Source: Cyanobacteria bacterium P01_D01_bin.156 (GTDB lineage Bacteria > Cyanobacteriota > Cyanobacteriia > Phormidesmidales > Phormidesmidaceae). From it: a stretch of DNA of 64,000 nucleotides. The DNA lies in the NCBI GenBank assembly GCA_039024555.1, contig JBCCQQ010000025.1, forward strand, positions 12,903 through 76,902. The letters run 5' to 3'. The notes below the pieces were generated by a model. The model worked only from the letters and a program-made list of their open reading frames with translations. It had not been told where the DNA came from and searched no databases. This document shows, in pieces, positions 37,951 through 47,971 of the stretch; position 1 is the first letter of the stretch; each line of letters begins with the position of its first letter. A program made the position numbers and the translations under genes.

Positions 37951-38439
37951 TCAACGTTCACAGTTAATGGGATCAGGGGTACTAATTGGTAGAGGGTAAG
38001 GCAGTTCACCCTTACATTGATAGAACGCTTCCATGGCATATCGAGTAGCTCCACCCATCACCCCATCGATCGTGCCCTGGTAAAAACCGGCTTCCTTTAA
38101 GACCATTTGCAAATTCTTACACTGAGATGTTTGCAGGCGACTATCAAGGTCCTGTAATGCCTGATTCAGCCAGACATCATCCAGGCAAGTCTGGAGCTTT
38201 TGCTGTTGCTCGGTAATTTCTCCATCATCGATAAAGTTTTGTAGATGAGCCACCATGTGATCGGCTTCATCAAGCAAAAAACTAAGCAGAGTGTCCGTTT
38301 CGGCAGCAGCTAAGATAGCATCTAAACGTTCAGCATCCTGCGAGCTGAGCTGAGGCTGCATTGACAGCTGGCAATAGATTAAAATCTCTTCGCGGTAGGC
38401 CTTAGCCTGATGACTTAAATTATTCAGGTAACGAGACAT
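37951..38439 (-). CDS. Hypothetical protein with a C-terminal peptidoglycan-binding (PG_binding_1-like) domain; candidate sigma partner
   Basis: KNLQMVLKEAGFYQGTIDGVMGGATRYAMEAFYQ fits the PG_binding_1 pattern; helical N-domain (LSSQDAERLDAIL..LSFLLDEADH); no signal peptide or TM segment. Confidence 0.82.
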   Translation of the reverse strand: MSRYLNNLSHQAKAYREEILIYCQLSMQPQLSSQDAERLDAILAAAETDTLLSFLLDEADHMVAHLQNFIDDGEITEQQQKLQTCLDDVWLNQALQDLDSRLQTSQCKNLQMVLKEAGFYQGTIDGVMGGATRYAMEAFYQCKGELPYPLPISTPDPINCER

Positions 38440-38476
38440 GGGGAGATACCTTGCAGCTATGGTTGTGCTCAGGAAT

Positions 38477-38503
38477 TAGTGGCCCAACAATGATGTCTGT
38501 GAC
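38477..38503 (-). promoter_or_regulatory. GTCACA-N16-CACTA promoter motif, copy 2
   Basis: Minus strand GTCACA gacatcattgttgggc CACTA; 37 nt before ATG 38439. Confidence 0.75.
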
Positions 38504-38608
38504 CATCATTTTACTAACCTCGGCCAATAGGCTGACCTTAGTAAATAAAGATAACTAACTTTATTAATCTGACCGTATTACTGAACACTAATAGATTCAG
38601 TGCGGAAT

Positions 38609-38635
38609 GTCACAGGTGCGGACTGAACTTCACTA
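38609..38635 (+). promoter_or_regulatory. GTCACA-N16-CACTA promoter motif, copy 3
   Basis: GTCACA ggtgcggactgaactt CACTA; 26 nt before the sigma ATG 38662. Confidence 0.75.
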
Positions 38636-38661
38636 TTAAGAGAATCACTCGGCTCATTAGG

Positions 38662-39270
38662 ATGGCTGATCAATCCGAATTACCCCTGGTAGATGTTTTA
38701 GATCTCGCACTTTCAGAGATTTTAGGCGATGGTAATTCCTATGCTTACTCCACACTAGCAACGGTACGACGGCATTTATATCAGTTTCGACTAATACATC
38801 AATATGAGCCTTACGAGATTTTATTTGAGGCTTATCTTCGAGGCAAAGCTTTTCAGCGTAAAGGAGAACAAATTTTCAACCCCCATGCATGGTTAAAACG
38901 TACAGCGTTCAACATTGTTCGCGAGAAAAGTCGTCAGGCTCAGCGACAAGCCTCTCAGACTTACAATGACATCGAATATCGCATTAGTGCCCCGCCCGAA
39001 GATATTCTAGAAAAAATCGATTTAACCCATGAAATCGGCCTACTCTACAAGGCCCTCCGAGCTCTCTCTCGTGAAGACGACCATACAGCTCAGCTATTGG
39101 TGTGGCGGACTATCGAGCAGCTGTCTTGGGAGCAAATTACCGAGCGGTTAGCTCAGGGTGGAGAAACCAATATCCCTTCCCAAGCTACGTTAAGAAAACG
39201 AGTTTCTAGAGCTAAAAAACGCATGCGCCACATTATGCATAGCTACGGACTACCCACGCATTCAAACTAA
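38662..39270 (+). CDS. Atypical ECF-like sigma-70 factor
   Basis: Region 2-like EILFEAYLR...NPHAWLKRTAFNIVREKSR; region 4-like LLVWRTIEQLSWEQITERL...SQATLRKRVSRAKKRMR. Confidence 0.82.
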   Translation: MADQSELPLVDVLDLALSEILGDGNSYAYSTLATVRRHLYQFRLIHQYEPYEILFEAYLRGKAFQRKGEQIFNPHAWLKRTAFNIVREKSRQAQRQASQTYNDIEYRISAPPEDILEKIDLTHEIGLLYKALRALSREDDHTAQLLVWRTIEQLSWEQITERLAQGGETNIPSQATLRKRVSRAKKRMRHIMHSYGLPTHSN

Positions 39271-39360
39271 GCGTGTAGCTGAGCTACGGTACCAGCCATT
39301 CAGAAAACACAGTGATTTGGTCGGCTGATTGATTGTACCCCCTTCATGAACAAGGACTGA

Positions 39361-42300
39361 TTAAGAACTTAAAACTTCCTCGGGCAATGTAGCCTTAACG
39401 TTGAAGGTCAGGACCGTTTCATCAATTCCCTTAAGTCGCAGAGGGGTAAATTTGACAATCTCATAATCGTCTAAATAATCAGCCACCGCCGCTGATACCA
39501 AAATACTTTCACCATCAGCAGCTTCCTGAAGACGAGCCGCAATGTTAACACTGGGGCCAATGGCCGTGTAGTCAGTTCTAGCAGCACTCCCAAACATGCC
39601 AACAACCGCAGATCCCTGATGAATGCCACAGCGAAAATTAACCGGGGGAATTCCTTGCTGTGTCCACCGCTGATTGAGTTCAGATAGAGCTTTATACATA
39701 TGTCGGGCTGCCGAGACCGCCCGCCGTACTTGCTCACTAGGGCTGAGAGATTCCGGCGCACCAAACAAGGCGAGCACTGCATCTCCCATAAACTTATCGA
39801 CAGTACCCCCATTTTCAAAAATGGCCTGGGTCATAGCTTCAAAATATTCATTCAGTAATTCTGCGACTCGACGAGAACGCAAGGTATTTGATAACTGAGT
39901 AAACCCAACAATATCGCTAAACAGCACAGTGACTAATCGAGGTTCTGGCTTAAGATTGAGCTGCAGCTCTCCATGGGCCGCTTTTTGTACTAAGGAAGCT
40001 GGTAAAAACCGCTTCAGTACCGATTCGGTCAAATACTGATTCAACTCGGTCACTTTTTGTTCATTAGCTTTTAGAGCAAGTAAGTTTCGTACTTCTGCTA
40101 GCAGCTCACGATCCTTAAATGGTTTAGAAATATAGGCATCAGCCCCACGTTCTACACCTTCTAAGCGGGTTTCATCACCCACTTTAGCCGTCAGTAAAAT
40201 AATCGGTGTGCCCTGTAGCTCAGGATCATGGCGTACCTGCTCGATCAGCTCTAGACCTGAGACCTTGGGCATCATCAGGTCCGTGATAATTAATTGAGGT
40301 TTGATCTGACGAGCTACATCAAGACCCACTGCACCATTGTGGGCAGTACTTACACGGTGCCCCTGCCGTTTCAACATACCTGACACATAGCTACGTAAAT
40401 CAGGATTGTCGTCAATTACCAGAATATGAATTCCACTAGCGCCAATCTGAACAAATGGCTCCTCACTATTCGATGTAGTCGATGTAGTCGACAGTTCTCC
40501 CGTTTGGCCTAAAGTAGGCTGCTCGGCAACTACTTGATGGTGTAGATCGGCCAGTTCAACAGCAGCACGTCGATTTTCTAGGGTTCTGGATTGATGACTA
40601 ATGCGATCGGCAGGCAGATGCTCCGTCCCCAGGGGAAGCTCTACGGTAAATATGGTGCCAGCTCCATAGGTGGAGGAAACCCGGATCTCACCACCGTGTA
40701 ATTCCACCAGCTCTTTCACTAGAGCAAGCCCTAAGCCGGTGCCTTCATGGGTACGACTAGCAGAGCCATCCGCCTGTTGAAATCGCTCAAAGATATGGGG
40801 CAGCTGCTCTTTACGAATACCAATACCCGTGTCTTCTATTTCTAAGTAGCAACGATGCTCAAAGGTATTCAGATTGATTTGAATCGAGCCACCCGCAGGG
40901 GTAAATTTCACAGCATTTGACAAAATGTTATAGACCACCTTGTCAAATTTCTCAAGGTCCAAATACACCGATGGGCACGGTTGGATTTGAGTCGTTAATG
41001 TAATGTGTTTGCGATCGCAGTACGGCTGAAATGCTTCGGCAATATTGCCCACCACCTCCGAAAAGTCACAGGGGTAGAACATAGCCTGCATGCTATCAGC
41101 ATCTAACCGTTGCAAATCAAGCAGCTGGTTCACCAGACGCAACAACCGCCGTGAATTGCGTAGGGCAATCACCGACTGATCCAGTGGCAGCCCACCGCCC
41201 TGCTCCACAGCAGCTTCCAGTGGGCCAATGGTCAGGGTGAGGGGTGTACGAAACTCGTGGGAAATATTCTGAAAAAATGTTGTTTTCTGCTTATCCAGCG
41301 CCAGCAACTGTTCTGCCTGCTGTCTGGTTGTTTGATAAAGCCTAGCCTGCTGCACTGCGATCGCAGCCTGGTTAGCGACAGCTTGCGCCAAATTAATTTC
41401 CTCCATATGCCAGTGGCGAGGTTGATTATTTTGCCGTAGGCTAATGCTGCCAATAATTTGGTTATCCGCAATCAGAGGCACCACAAGCAGGGCTATGGCG
41501 CGAAAATGCAACGGCAAATGAGGAGGCGTATATCGCTTAGCCCTAGACAAATCATCAAAAACGACAGGTGACCGACTAGACAAGAGATCCTGCAAAATCG
41601 GATTCTCGCTAATCTTGACCTGAGACTGTGAAAAATCATCGGCTTGGAGCTGATCTTTTTCATACAGACCAACACAGTCAACATAGTCATTTTCTTGAGT
41701 CCACAAGGAAATGGCACAACCATCTGCCTCTAGAGCCTGTCCTAATTTTTGAGTAATCGCTGCAAAAATTTGTTTAGGCTCCAAACTACTATGAATCGCC
41801 TGGGTGATCGTATTAATCAGTACCTCTCGCTGAGCCAGAGCCTGAACTCGCTCATAGGTCCAGGTTTGTGCCAGGGCCAAAGCAGCCTGATCAACCACAG
41901 TTTTCAGCAATTTGAGCTCATCTTCATCCCAATGTTTAGAAGCTTGGCAGTGATGTATCGCCAAAATTGCCAATGGCTCCCGTTTACTAATTAGCGGGAT
42001 AACTAAACTGGTTTGAGCCGCTAACTGTTGACAAGTTCGATGGGGAGCTACATCTTCAGCCGTCAGAATTTGCAACTCATCAGTATCGATGGCAGTAGCA
42101 GCCAAGACATTCTCCGCAACTGAACTGACATCTTGAGCTGTATAAGTCCAACACTTCCGAGTTTGACTGGGGGTATGGTAGAGCGGACGCAAAACACAAT
42201 AGTCTGCCCTAAACGCTGTACCCAGTTTCCCAGTGATCACCCGCTGCATTTCATCAGATGTCTCAGTGAGGCGAATACTATGGGTAATGTCTTTCAGCAG

Positions 42301-42756
42301 AGTTTCCTGCTCTAGAATCCGATTAAAGTCACGGGTTCTAGATTTGAGCACAACATGGGTGGCAACGGCCTGATGAACAACAGCCTTTAGCTCCTCTTCC
42401 TCCCAAGGTTTTGTCAAATACTTAAATACTTGGCCATCATTAATGGCATCGACCAAGTCATCAATGTCGGTATACCCAGTCAGAATAATACGTACTGTGT
42501 TGGGATACTCTTGAGCGACTTTTCTCAATAGATCAGTACCACTCATCTGGGGCATCCGTTGATCCGAAATGACCACCGCTGTGTCAGGGTAACGTGCTAG
42601 CTCCGATAATGCTATTTGAGCACTCTCAGCACGCACTACCCGAAACTCGCGATAAAACGTCCGATACAACAGATCTAAATTATTAGGTTCGTCATCGACG
42701 ACTAAAATTCTGGGTTTAGATGCAGATGAGCGTCGATTGTGAGTGTGGCTGATCAT
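39361..42756 (-). CDS. cyaC: Hybrid sensor adenylate cyclase CyaC (REC-GAF-GAF-HisKA-HATPase-REC-cyclase)
   Basis: ISDQRMP, two GAF domains, SHEFRTPL, GTGLGL, ITDLMMP, LFSDIVGFT, KFMGDA, YTAIGPSVNIAARLQ. Confidence 0.95.
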   Translation of the reverse strand: MISHTHNRRSSASKPRILVVDDEPNNLDLLYRTFYREFRVVRAESAQIALSELARYPDTAVVISDQRMPQMSGTDLLRKVAQEYPNTVRIILTGYTDIDDLVDAINDGQVFKYLTKPWEEEELKAVVHQAVATHVVLKSRTRDFNRILEQETLLKDITHSIRLTETSDEMQRVITGKLGTAFRADYCVLRPLYHTPSQTRKCWTYTAQDVSSVAENVLAATAIDTDELQILTAEDVAPHRTCQQLAAQTSLVIPLISKREPLAILAIHHCQASKHWDEDELKLLKTVVDQAALALAQTWTYERVQALAQREVLINTITQAIHSSLEPKQIFAAITQKLGQALEADGCAISLWTQENDYVDCVGLYEKDQLQADDFSQSQVKISENPILQDLLSSRSPVVFDDLSRAKRYTPPHLPLHFRAIALLVVPLIADNQIIGSISLRQNNQPRHWHMEEINLAQAVANQAAIAVQQARLYQTTRQQAEQLLALDKQKTTFFQNISHEFRTPLTLTIGPLEAAVEQGGGLPLDQSVIALRNSRRLLRLVNQLLDLQRLDADSMQAMFYPCDFSEVVGNIAEAFQPYCDRKHITLTTQIQPCPSVYLDLEKFDKVVYNILSNAVKFTPAGGSIQINLNTFEHRCYLEIEDTGIGIRKEQLPHIFERFQQADGSASRTHEGTGLGLALVKELVELHGGEIRVSSTYGAGTIFTVELPLGTEHLPADRISHQSRTLENRRAAVELADLHHQVVAEQPTLGQTGELSTTSTTSNSEEPFVQIGASGIHILVIDDNPDLRSYVSGMLKRQGHRVSTAHNGAVGLDVARQIKPQLIITDLMMPKVSGLELIEQVRHDPELQGTPIILLTAKVGDETRLEGVERGADAYISKPFKDRELLAEVRNLLALKANEQKVTELNQYLTESVLKRFLPASLVQKAAHGELQLNLKPEPRLVTVLFSDIVGFTQLSNTLRSRRVAELLNEYFEAMTQAIFENGGTVDKFMGDAVLALFGAPESLSPSEQVRRAVSAARHMYKALSELNQRWTQQGIPPVNFRCGIHQGSAVVGMFGSAARTDYTAIGPSVNIAARLQEAADGESILVSAAVADYLDDYEIVKFTPLRLKGIDETVLTFNVKATLPEEVLSS

Positions 42757-42968
42757 GCCCCTTTAATGATTTAACCGGCTGTAGCAACTAAAAAATAAAC
42801 GGTGAATGCTGCCTTTATTACTTGAAATATGAGACCCAGTCTATGCCTACGGTTTGACAAGATTTAGCCATCAAACATAAACAAATAGACTTAAAAAAAG
42901 AGTAGAGCACCCTTGAAATATTCTTTCAAGAATGGTTGGAGACACCTGAGGAAACGCCCGCTTGCACT

Positions 42969-43589
42969 ATGGACGTCACCTGGTTAAATGGTCCTATCAA
43001 GAGTTCCCAAGCTAGTAAGCTGCTCACCATGTCCAGACTTCAATGGGATACAGCTATCAAGCTACCTCCCGGCTACCAATTACGGCTGGCCTGCCATCAA
43101 GACTTATCGCAACTGGTCGAACTCCTACTCAGAAGTTTTTATCCTGAAAATCGCTTAAACAGAGTGCTATATCCTGTGATGCGCCTTGGAATTCAGGAGG
43201 ACATAAAGCGCCGCATTAAAGGCTCTTTACACCAATATGCATGCTTAGTGATTGTCAATACATCTGAAAATGCGGCCACCATCGTGGGCACAGTGGAAAT
43301 GTCCTTACGTTCAAACTTTTGGCAGCCCTTAGCCCCTCGACGGCCTTACATTGCAAATGTTGCAGTTGACTATCGGCATCGTCGCTGTGGCTTAGCTCAG
43401 CAAATGCTTTTAGCTTGCGAGGCAATTAGCCAAACCTGGGGATTAAGACAGATATATCTTCACGTTGCCACTGACAATCCTTCAGCCCTAGCTCTGTATC
43501 ACAAAGCTGGATACCAAATTGTTGGACAATCACGACCATGGCAACGGCGACAAATGATGCTCAAAGAACTTTTTTCTGAGATCAAATAG
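42969..43589 (+). CDS. GNAT family N-acetyltransferase (start uncertain)
   Basis: IVGTVEM, YIANVAVDYRHRRCGLA, YLHV..DNPSALALYHKAGY. Confidence 0.9.
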   Translation: MDVTWLNGPIKSSQASKLLTMSRLQWDTAIKLPPGYQLRLACHQDLSQLVELLLRSFYPENRLNRVLYPVMRLGIQEDIKRRIKGSLHQYACLVIVNTSENAATIVGTVEMSLRSNFWQPLAPRRPYIANVAVDYRHRRCGLAQQMLLACEAISQTWGLRQIYLHVATDNPSALALYHKAGYQIVGQSRPWQRRQMMLKELFSEIK

Positions 43590-43881
43590 CTTCTAGTCAA
43601 CAATTTTCCAACCATTATCTGAGTCGTTACGAATCAGCAAGGCTTAGGTAGCATAAGTATCTTCAGGTGTTATCTGATACCGTGTCTGTCACCCCCTACA
43701 CCGTAAAAATATCCATATCCTCCTGATAAATATTATTTTTTATGTAGTGAGTATGAGGAGGGACTGATAACTATCAAAGACTAGATAAAACTCCAGTAAT
43801 TTACTGCACGAATGACATTGCGTTCGTATCAAATAAGAGTAATTAGTCTGGATTACCTTAGCCCTAGGTAGACGCTCTAAA

Positions 43882-44511
43882 ATGATGGATGCCCAATCCA
43901 AATCCCTTAGTCTCTCTTCTCCACCAAAGCATGCTGGCCATAAGCGGCTTCATGTTTTTAATGTACAGCCAACATCAGAGTCTGATGATTGTGTGCATTT
44001 TGAAGATAGTACGGTAAAGTGGTGGGCTGAGCGGGGAAAGCAGCCTCTCGGTTCTAGTTCTAATGTGCCTGTGAATGAAACACTAGCTGTGGACAGTCTG
44101 CTCAAGAAGATAAATCGTGGCGATTTACTGGTTGTTAACAGTCGTCGCCGCAATGGTTTGATTATCTTCCGAGAGTTCTATGCTGAATTTGCAGGTCCCG
44201 GCGCAGCTGTGGGCGGAGATTTTGACCAGGGATGTCATAAAATCATTCCCCTTGGCAATTTATCTTTGCTCGAGCCCCAAGACCATGAAGACCATCAAAA
44301 AGCGTTAAAGATTCGACTTCAGTGGATTCGGTTGACTCAAAACTTTACTGACCAGCCTCGTTCAGCTGACCGAGCACAGATGATCCTAGACCAATTCAAA
44401 ACCTACTTTGATAAAAGCACTGTCGACAATGTGCCTAATGAGGCATTTGCCCTAATGGTGGGAGTTTTACCTCAGACAGTACGACGAGTCCGTACAGGAG
44501 CAGGCCGCTAG
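43882..44511 (+). CDS. Hypothetical protein, degenerate Crp/Fnr-like
   Basis: AEFAGPGAAVG beta-roll-like segment; C-terminal HTH-like EAFALMVGVLPQTVRRVR. The fold call is inference. Confidence 0.7.
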   Translation: MMDAQSKSLSLSSPPKHAGHKRLHVFNVQPTSESDDCVHFEDSTVKWWAERGKQPLGSSSNVPVNETLAVDSLLKKINRGDLLVVNSRRRNGLIIFREFYAEFAGPGAAVGGDFDQGCHKIIPLGNLSLLEPQDHEDHQKALKIRLQWIRLTQNFTDQPRSADRAQMILDQFKTYFDKSTVDNVPNEAFALMVGVLPQTVRRVRTGAGR

Positions 44512-44527
44512 GCTGGTTAGATTAAAG

Positions 44528-45637
44528 CTACCGGTGAGTCAGCACAGCGGTTAGGTTGGTTCGAGTACGATGATTTTCTGCCGACGTTCCTAAGCTGATG
44601 CGCAGCCCACCACCAGTCTGACGGATTAACGTACCCTGTTGCCTTAATCGGTCAAAGACGTGCTGTAGGCCCTCTATCTGCGTCATCCCCCACTGATTGA
44701 GCGCTTTATCACTGAGTCTACAGTAGATAAAGTTAGCCGCTGTTGGCCACGATTGGAGCATAGGCTGAGTATTGAGCCACGCAGCCATCTGGTCACGTTC
44801 TGCGATGGTAGTATCAACAGCAGACAGCAGTTCAGTACGTTTCTGTAACGCAAATAAGGCGGCAGTTTGGGAGAAACTAGGTGCGTTATAAGGTAGGCGC
44901 ACTTTCTCCAAGGCTTCAATGAGCGCAGGCTGAGCAACAGCATATCCTACTCGATGGGCAGCAAGGCGAAACGCCTTGGAAAACGTCCGGAGCACGACCC
45001 AGTTACTACGACTCAGGCTGTCTGCCACGAGGGTATGTTGGCTAAATTCGAAGTAGGCCTCATCAATGACTACCAAAATATCTTCAGGGAGTTGACGTAA
45101 CCAAGCAATTTCGTCCGTACTCAGTGGGTTTGCGGTCGGAGAATTGGGGTGGACGACAAAGACGACTCGAATACTGTGGTTCTCGATGGCAGCCTGAGCC
45201 AAGCCCAAATTGAGTTGAAAATCTGCCTGGCGCCCAACATTAACAACCGGAATACCCAATGTATTGGCCAGAATGCCATACATGGAAAATGTAGGACTAG
45301 CCACCAAAATTGCACCATTGCCAAGGGCGGCTGCAATGAGGAGTGAGCGAATCAACTCATCGGAGCCGTTACCAACCGAGATATTAGCTGCCGTCACGTC
45401 TACAGCAGCTTCAGCCACATAGCTGGCAATTGACTGCTTGAGCGCAGTATGACCACCATCGGGATAGCGATTCGCTCGAATAACCTGCTGATAGTGCTCT
45501 GCTAAAGCTACTTTAATCTCAGCCGGGAGGTCAATTGGGCTTTCGTTCGTATCCAGCTGATCATAGGGTTCTGGAATGGGCGGATGGGGCTTATAAGCCT
45601 TGATTGCAGCTAAGTCAGATCGCAAGAAGGGCAACAT
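44528..45637 (-). CDS. hisC: Histidinol-phosphate aminotransferase
   Basis: [43 protein letters not shown]. Confidence 0.96.
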   Translation of the reverse strand: MLPFLRSDLAAIKAYKPHPPIPEPYDQLDTNESPIDLPAEIKVALAEHYQQVIRANRYPDGGHTALKQSIASYVAEAAVDVTAANISVGNGSDELIRSLLIAAALGNGAILVASPTFSMYGILANTLGIPVVNVGRQADFQLNLGLAQAAIENHSIRVVFVVHPNSPTANPLSTDEIAWLRQLPEDILVVIDEAYFEFSQHTLVADSLSRSNWVVLRTFSKAFRLAAHRVGYAVAQPALIEALEKVRLPYNAPSFSQTAALFALQKRTELLSAVDTTIAERDQMAAWLNTQPMLQSWPTAANFIYCRLSDKALNQWGMTQIEGLQHVFDRLRQQGTLIRQTGGGLRISLGTSAENHRTRTNLTAVLTHR

Positions 45638-45698
45638 GAAGCAGGCAGAAAGATGGGGACTTTATTGTGCCATTTTGATGCGATCGCGAACAGCCTTT

Positions 45699-46322
45699 TT
45701 ACAGATGACAAAAATCTGTGATGCTATGGCCAATCTCTGCCATGACAGACGTCATCCCATGGTTAGTATTCAGGGCCTGGAGAGTAACCCATGGACGCGT
45801 CTGAGCGTATTGTTGACTGGCATCTAAAGCAATGACATCATCCTGAGTGCCATGGAGAATTAAGGTAGGGATAGTCTTTTGTAACTGACTATCCAGGTAG
45901 TCTTGGGCATCCCTCAAAAAGGTGTAGTGAAGACGTTGCCGGGATTTGAAGCCATAGTGATAAACCGATAGCCAGCCCGTTGAACGCCAATGCCTAATCT
46001 GATCATCCCCTAGGCGAGGCAACCACTGATCTAAGAATTGAAAGGCCGGGGCAAGTAACACAAGTTTTTCAACCCTGTCTGATTGCTCAGCCACCCAAGC
46101 AGCCACCAAACCTCCCAAACTGGAACCGATCAGAATAGTAGGCCCCTGCAGCTGTTGCCGCACTTGTTGGATTTGACGCGTTAGGGTGAGGTAACCAAAG
46201 TTCCCCTGATTTAGATCTAGTAACTTTAAATCGATATCTTGGGCGTACAGATGAGATTTTAGCCACTGCCCTTTATAGGATTGAGGGCCTGAAGCAAATC
46301 CATGAAGATAGATGTAGTCCAT
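45699..46322 (-). CDS. YqiA/YcfP family esterase
   Basis: YLHGFASGP.S.K, GSSLGG, HGTQDDV, NHG. Confidence 0.9.
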   Translation of the reverse strand: MDYIYLHGFASGPQSYKGQWLKSHLYAQDIDLKLLDLNQGNFGYLTLTRQIQQVRQQLQGPTILIGSSLGGLVAAWVAEQSDRVEKLVLLAPAFQFLDQWLPRLGDDQIRHWRSTGWLSVYHYGFKSRQRLHYTFLRDAQDYLDSQLQKTIPTLILHGTQDDVIALDASQQYAQTRPWVTLQALNTNHGMTSVMAEIGHSITDFCHL

Positions 46323-46389
46323 TCATCGTATCGCGTGCAGCAGCATGCTTAGAATATGATGTTCCCGATACACCCGAAAACCAGCTTCC

Positions 46390-47469
46390 ATGACCCAGCA
46401 GTTTCGTATTACTCTTCTTCCCGGCGACGGTATTGGACCTGAAATTACCGCAGTGGCCGTCGATGTACTCAAGGCAGTTGGTCAAAAACTAGATATTCAG
46501 TTTGATTTTACCGAAGCCCTCATCGGTGGCTGTGCAATTGACGCAACGGGCAGTCCTTTACCCGATGAGACGCTAGAAACCTGTAAGCAAAGTGATGCAG
46601 TCCTGCTGGCAGCGATTGGAGGCTATAAATGGGACACCTTACCTCGTGCTCAGCGTCCAGAAACAGGGCTCCTAGGATTGAGAGCAGGCCTAAAATTATT
46701 CGCCAATTTGCGTCCCGCTACAATTTTGCCCCAGCTGATTAATGCGTCGTCTCTCAAGCGAAACATCATTGAAGGCGTTGATATTATGGTGGTGCGAGAG
46801 CTCACGGGTGGTATTTACTTTGGTCAGCCTCGAGGCATTTTTAATGCCGATGGTGATCAAAGGGGTGTGAATACGATGGCCTACACAGGCACTGAAATAG
46901 ACCGCATTGGTCGTGTCGCTTTCGAAGCTGCACAAAAACGTCAGGGACGGCTGTGCTCAGTAGATAAGGCAAATGTACTAGAAGTGTCACAACTGTGGCG
47001 CGATCGCATCACAGCATTGGCCAAAGACTACAGCGATGTAGAGCTCAGCCACATGTATGTGGACAATGCCGCCATGCAGCTACTGCGATGGCCTAAACAA
47101 TTTGACACTATCGTTACTGGCAATCTGTTTGGCGATATCCTCTCTGACGCCGCTGCCATGTTAACCGGTAGCATTGGCATGTTGCCATCAGCCAGTCTGG
47201 GAGCTTCTGGTCCAGGGGTCTTCGAACCTGTCCATGGCTCAGCCCCAGATATTGCAGGACAGGACAAAGCTAATCCCCTAGCTCAAGTGCTGAGCGCAGC
47301 CATGATGCTGCGTTATGGACTTAACCAACCTAAAGCTGCTGATTTGATCGAAACTGCCGTTGATACAGTCCTTGATAAGGGGTATCGCACAGGCGACATT
47401 ATGGCTGATGGCATGCAACCTGTAGGATGCCAAGCCATGGGTGAAATACTTCTACAATCCCTTGAGTAG
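46390..47469 (+). CDS. leuB: 3-isopropylmalate dehydrogenase
   Basis: [43 protein letters not shown]. Confidence 0.98.
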   Translation: MTQQFRITLLPGDGIGPEITAVAVDVLKAVGQKLDIQFDFTEALIGGCAIDATGSPLPDETLETCKQSDAVLLAAIGGYKWDTLPRAQRPETGLLGLRAGLKLFANLRPATILPQLINASSLKRNIIEGVDIMVVRELTGGIYFGQPRGIFNADGDQRGVNTMAYTGTEIDRIGRVAFEAAQKRQGRLCSVDKANVLEVSQLWRDRITALAKDYSDVELSHMYVDNAAMQLLRWPKQFDTIVTGNLFGDILSDAAAMLTGSIGMLPSASLGASGPGVFEPVHGSAPDIAGQDKANPLAQVLSAAMMLRYGLNQPKAADLIETAVDTVLDKGYRTGDIMADGMQPVGCQAMGEILLQSLE

Positions 47470-47761
47470 ATTCCGAAGCTGCTGAGCGCCCTCTGGCAGA
47501 ATCCATAGATGGCAGCTAGTATTGTTGTACTGAGCAACGATGGGGGTACCCTGACAGAGCAGTTAGCCTCTAAATCAGCAAGAAACATTGCTGAACCCAT
47601 GGTTTCGCGACGATTTATTTGATGTATTCGTTAGTAAGCAGGAGTATTCAGTCGTGTCTTCTTTACAACGACCAGAGTACGGTGATCATGGCCAGGCAAC
47701 GGTTCACCCAAGCGTGGTAGCAACAGGGCGGAGTCCATTGAATTTACGCTCTCCAGCATCC

Positions 47762-47965
47762 ATGTCAGATCCGATTTTATTACGGGCAGCACGCCATATA
47801 TATCGCACCTATTACGAGGTGCATCCAGAAGTCATTGAACGTCCTATCGGTGTCGCTATCGGTCGTACAACGCGACGGGGCAAGCTAATTTTTGGAACTA
47901 AACCTGTGCTGCTTCCCCATGAAAGTTTTATTCCCCTGACCCAGTTAGAACCCGGTTTACACTAA
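47762..47965 (+). CDS. Small conserved-type hypothetical protein (start uncertain)
   Basis: MSDPILLRAARHIYRTY..RPIGVAI..RGKLIF..PVLLPHESF; ends 6 nt before pilD. Confidence 0.7.
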   Translation: MSDPILLRAARHIYRTYYEVHPEVIERPIGVAIGRTTRRGKLIFGTKPVLLPHESFIPLTQLEPGLH

Positions 47966-47971
47966 TGAGAA

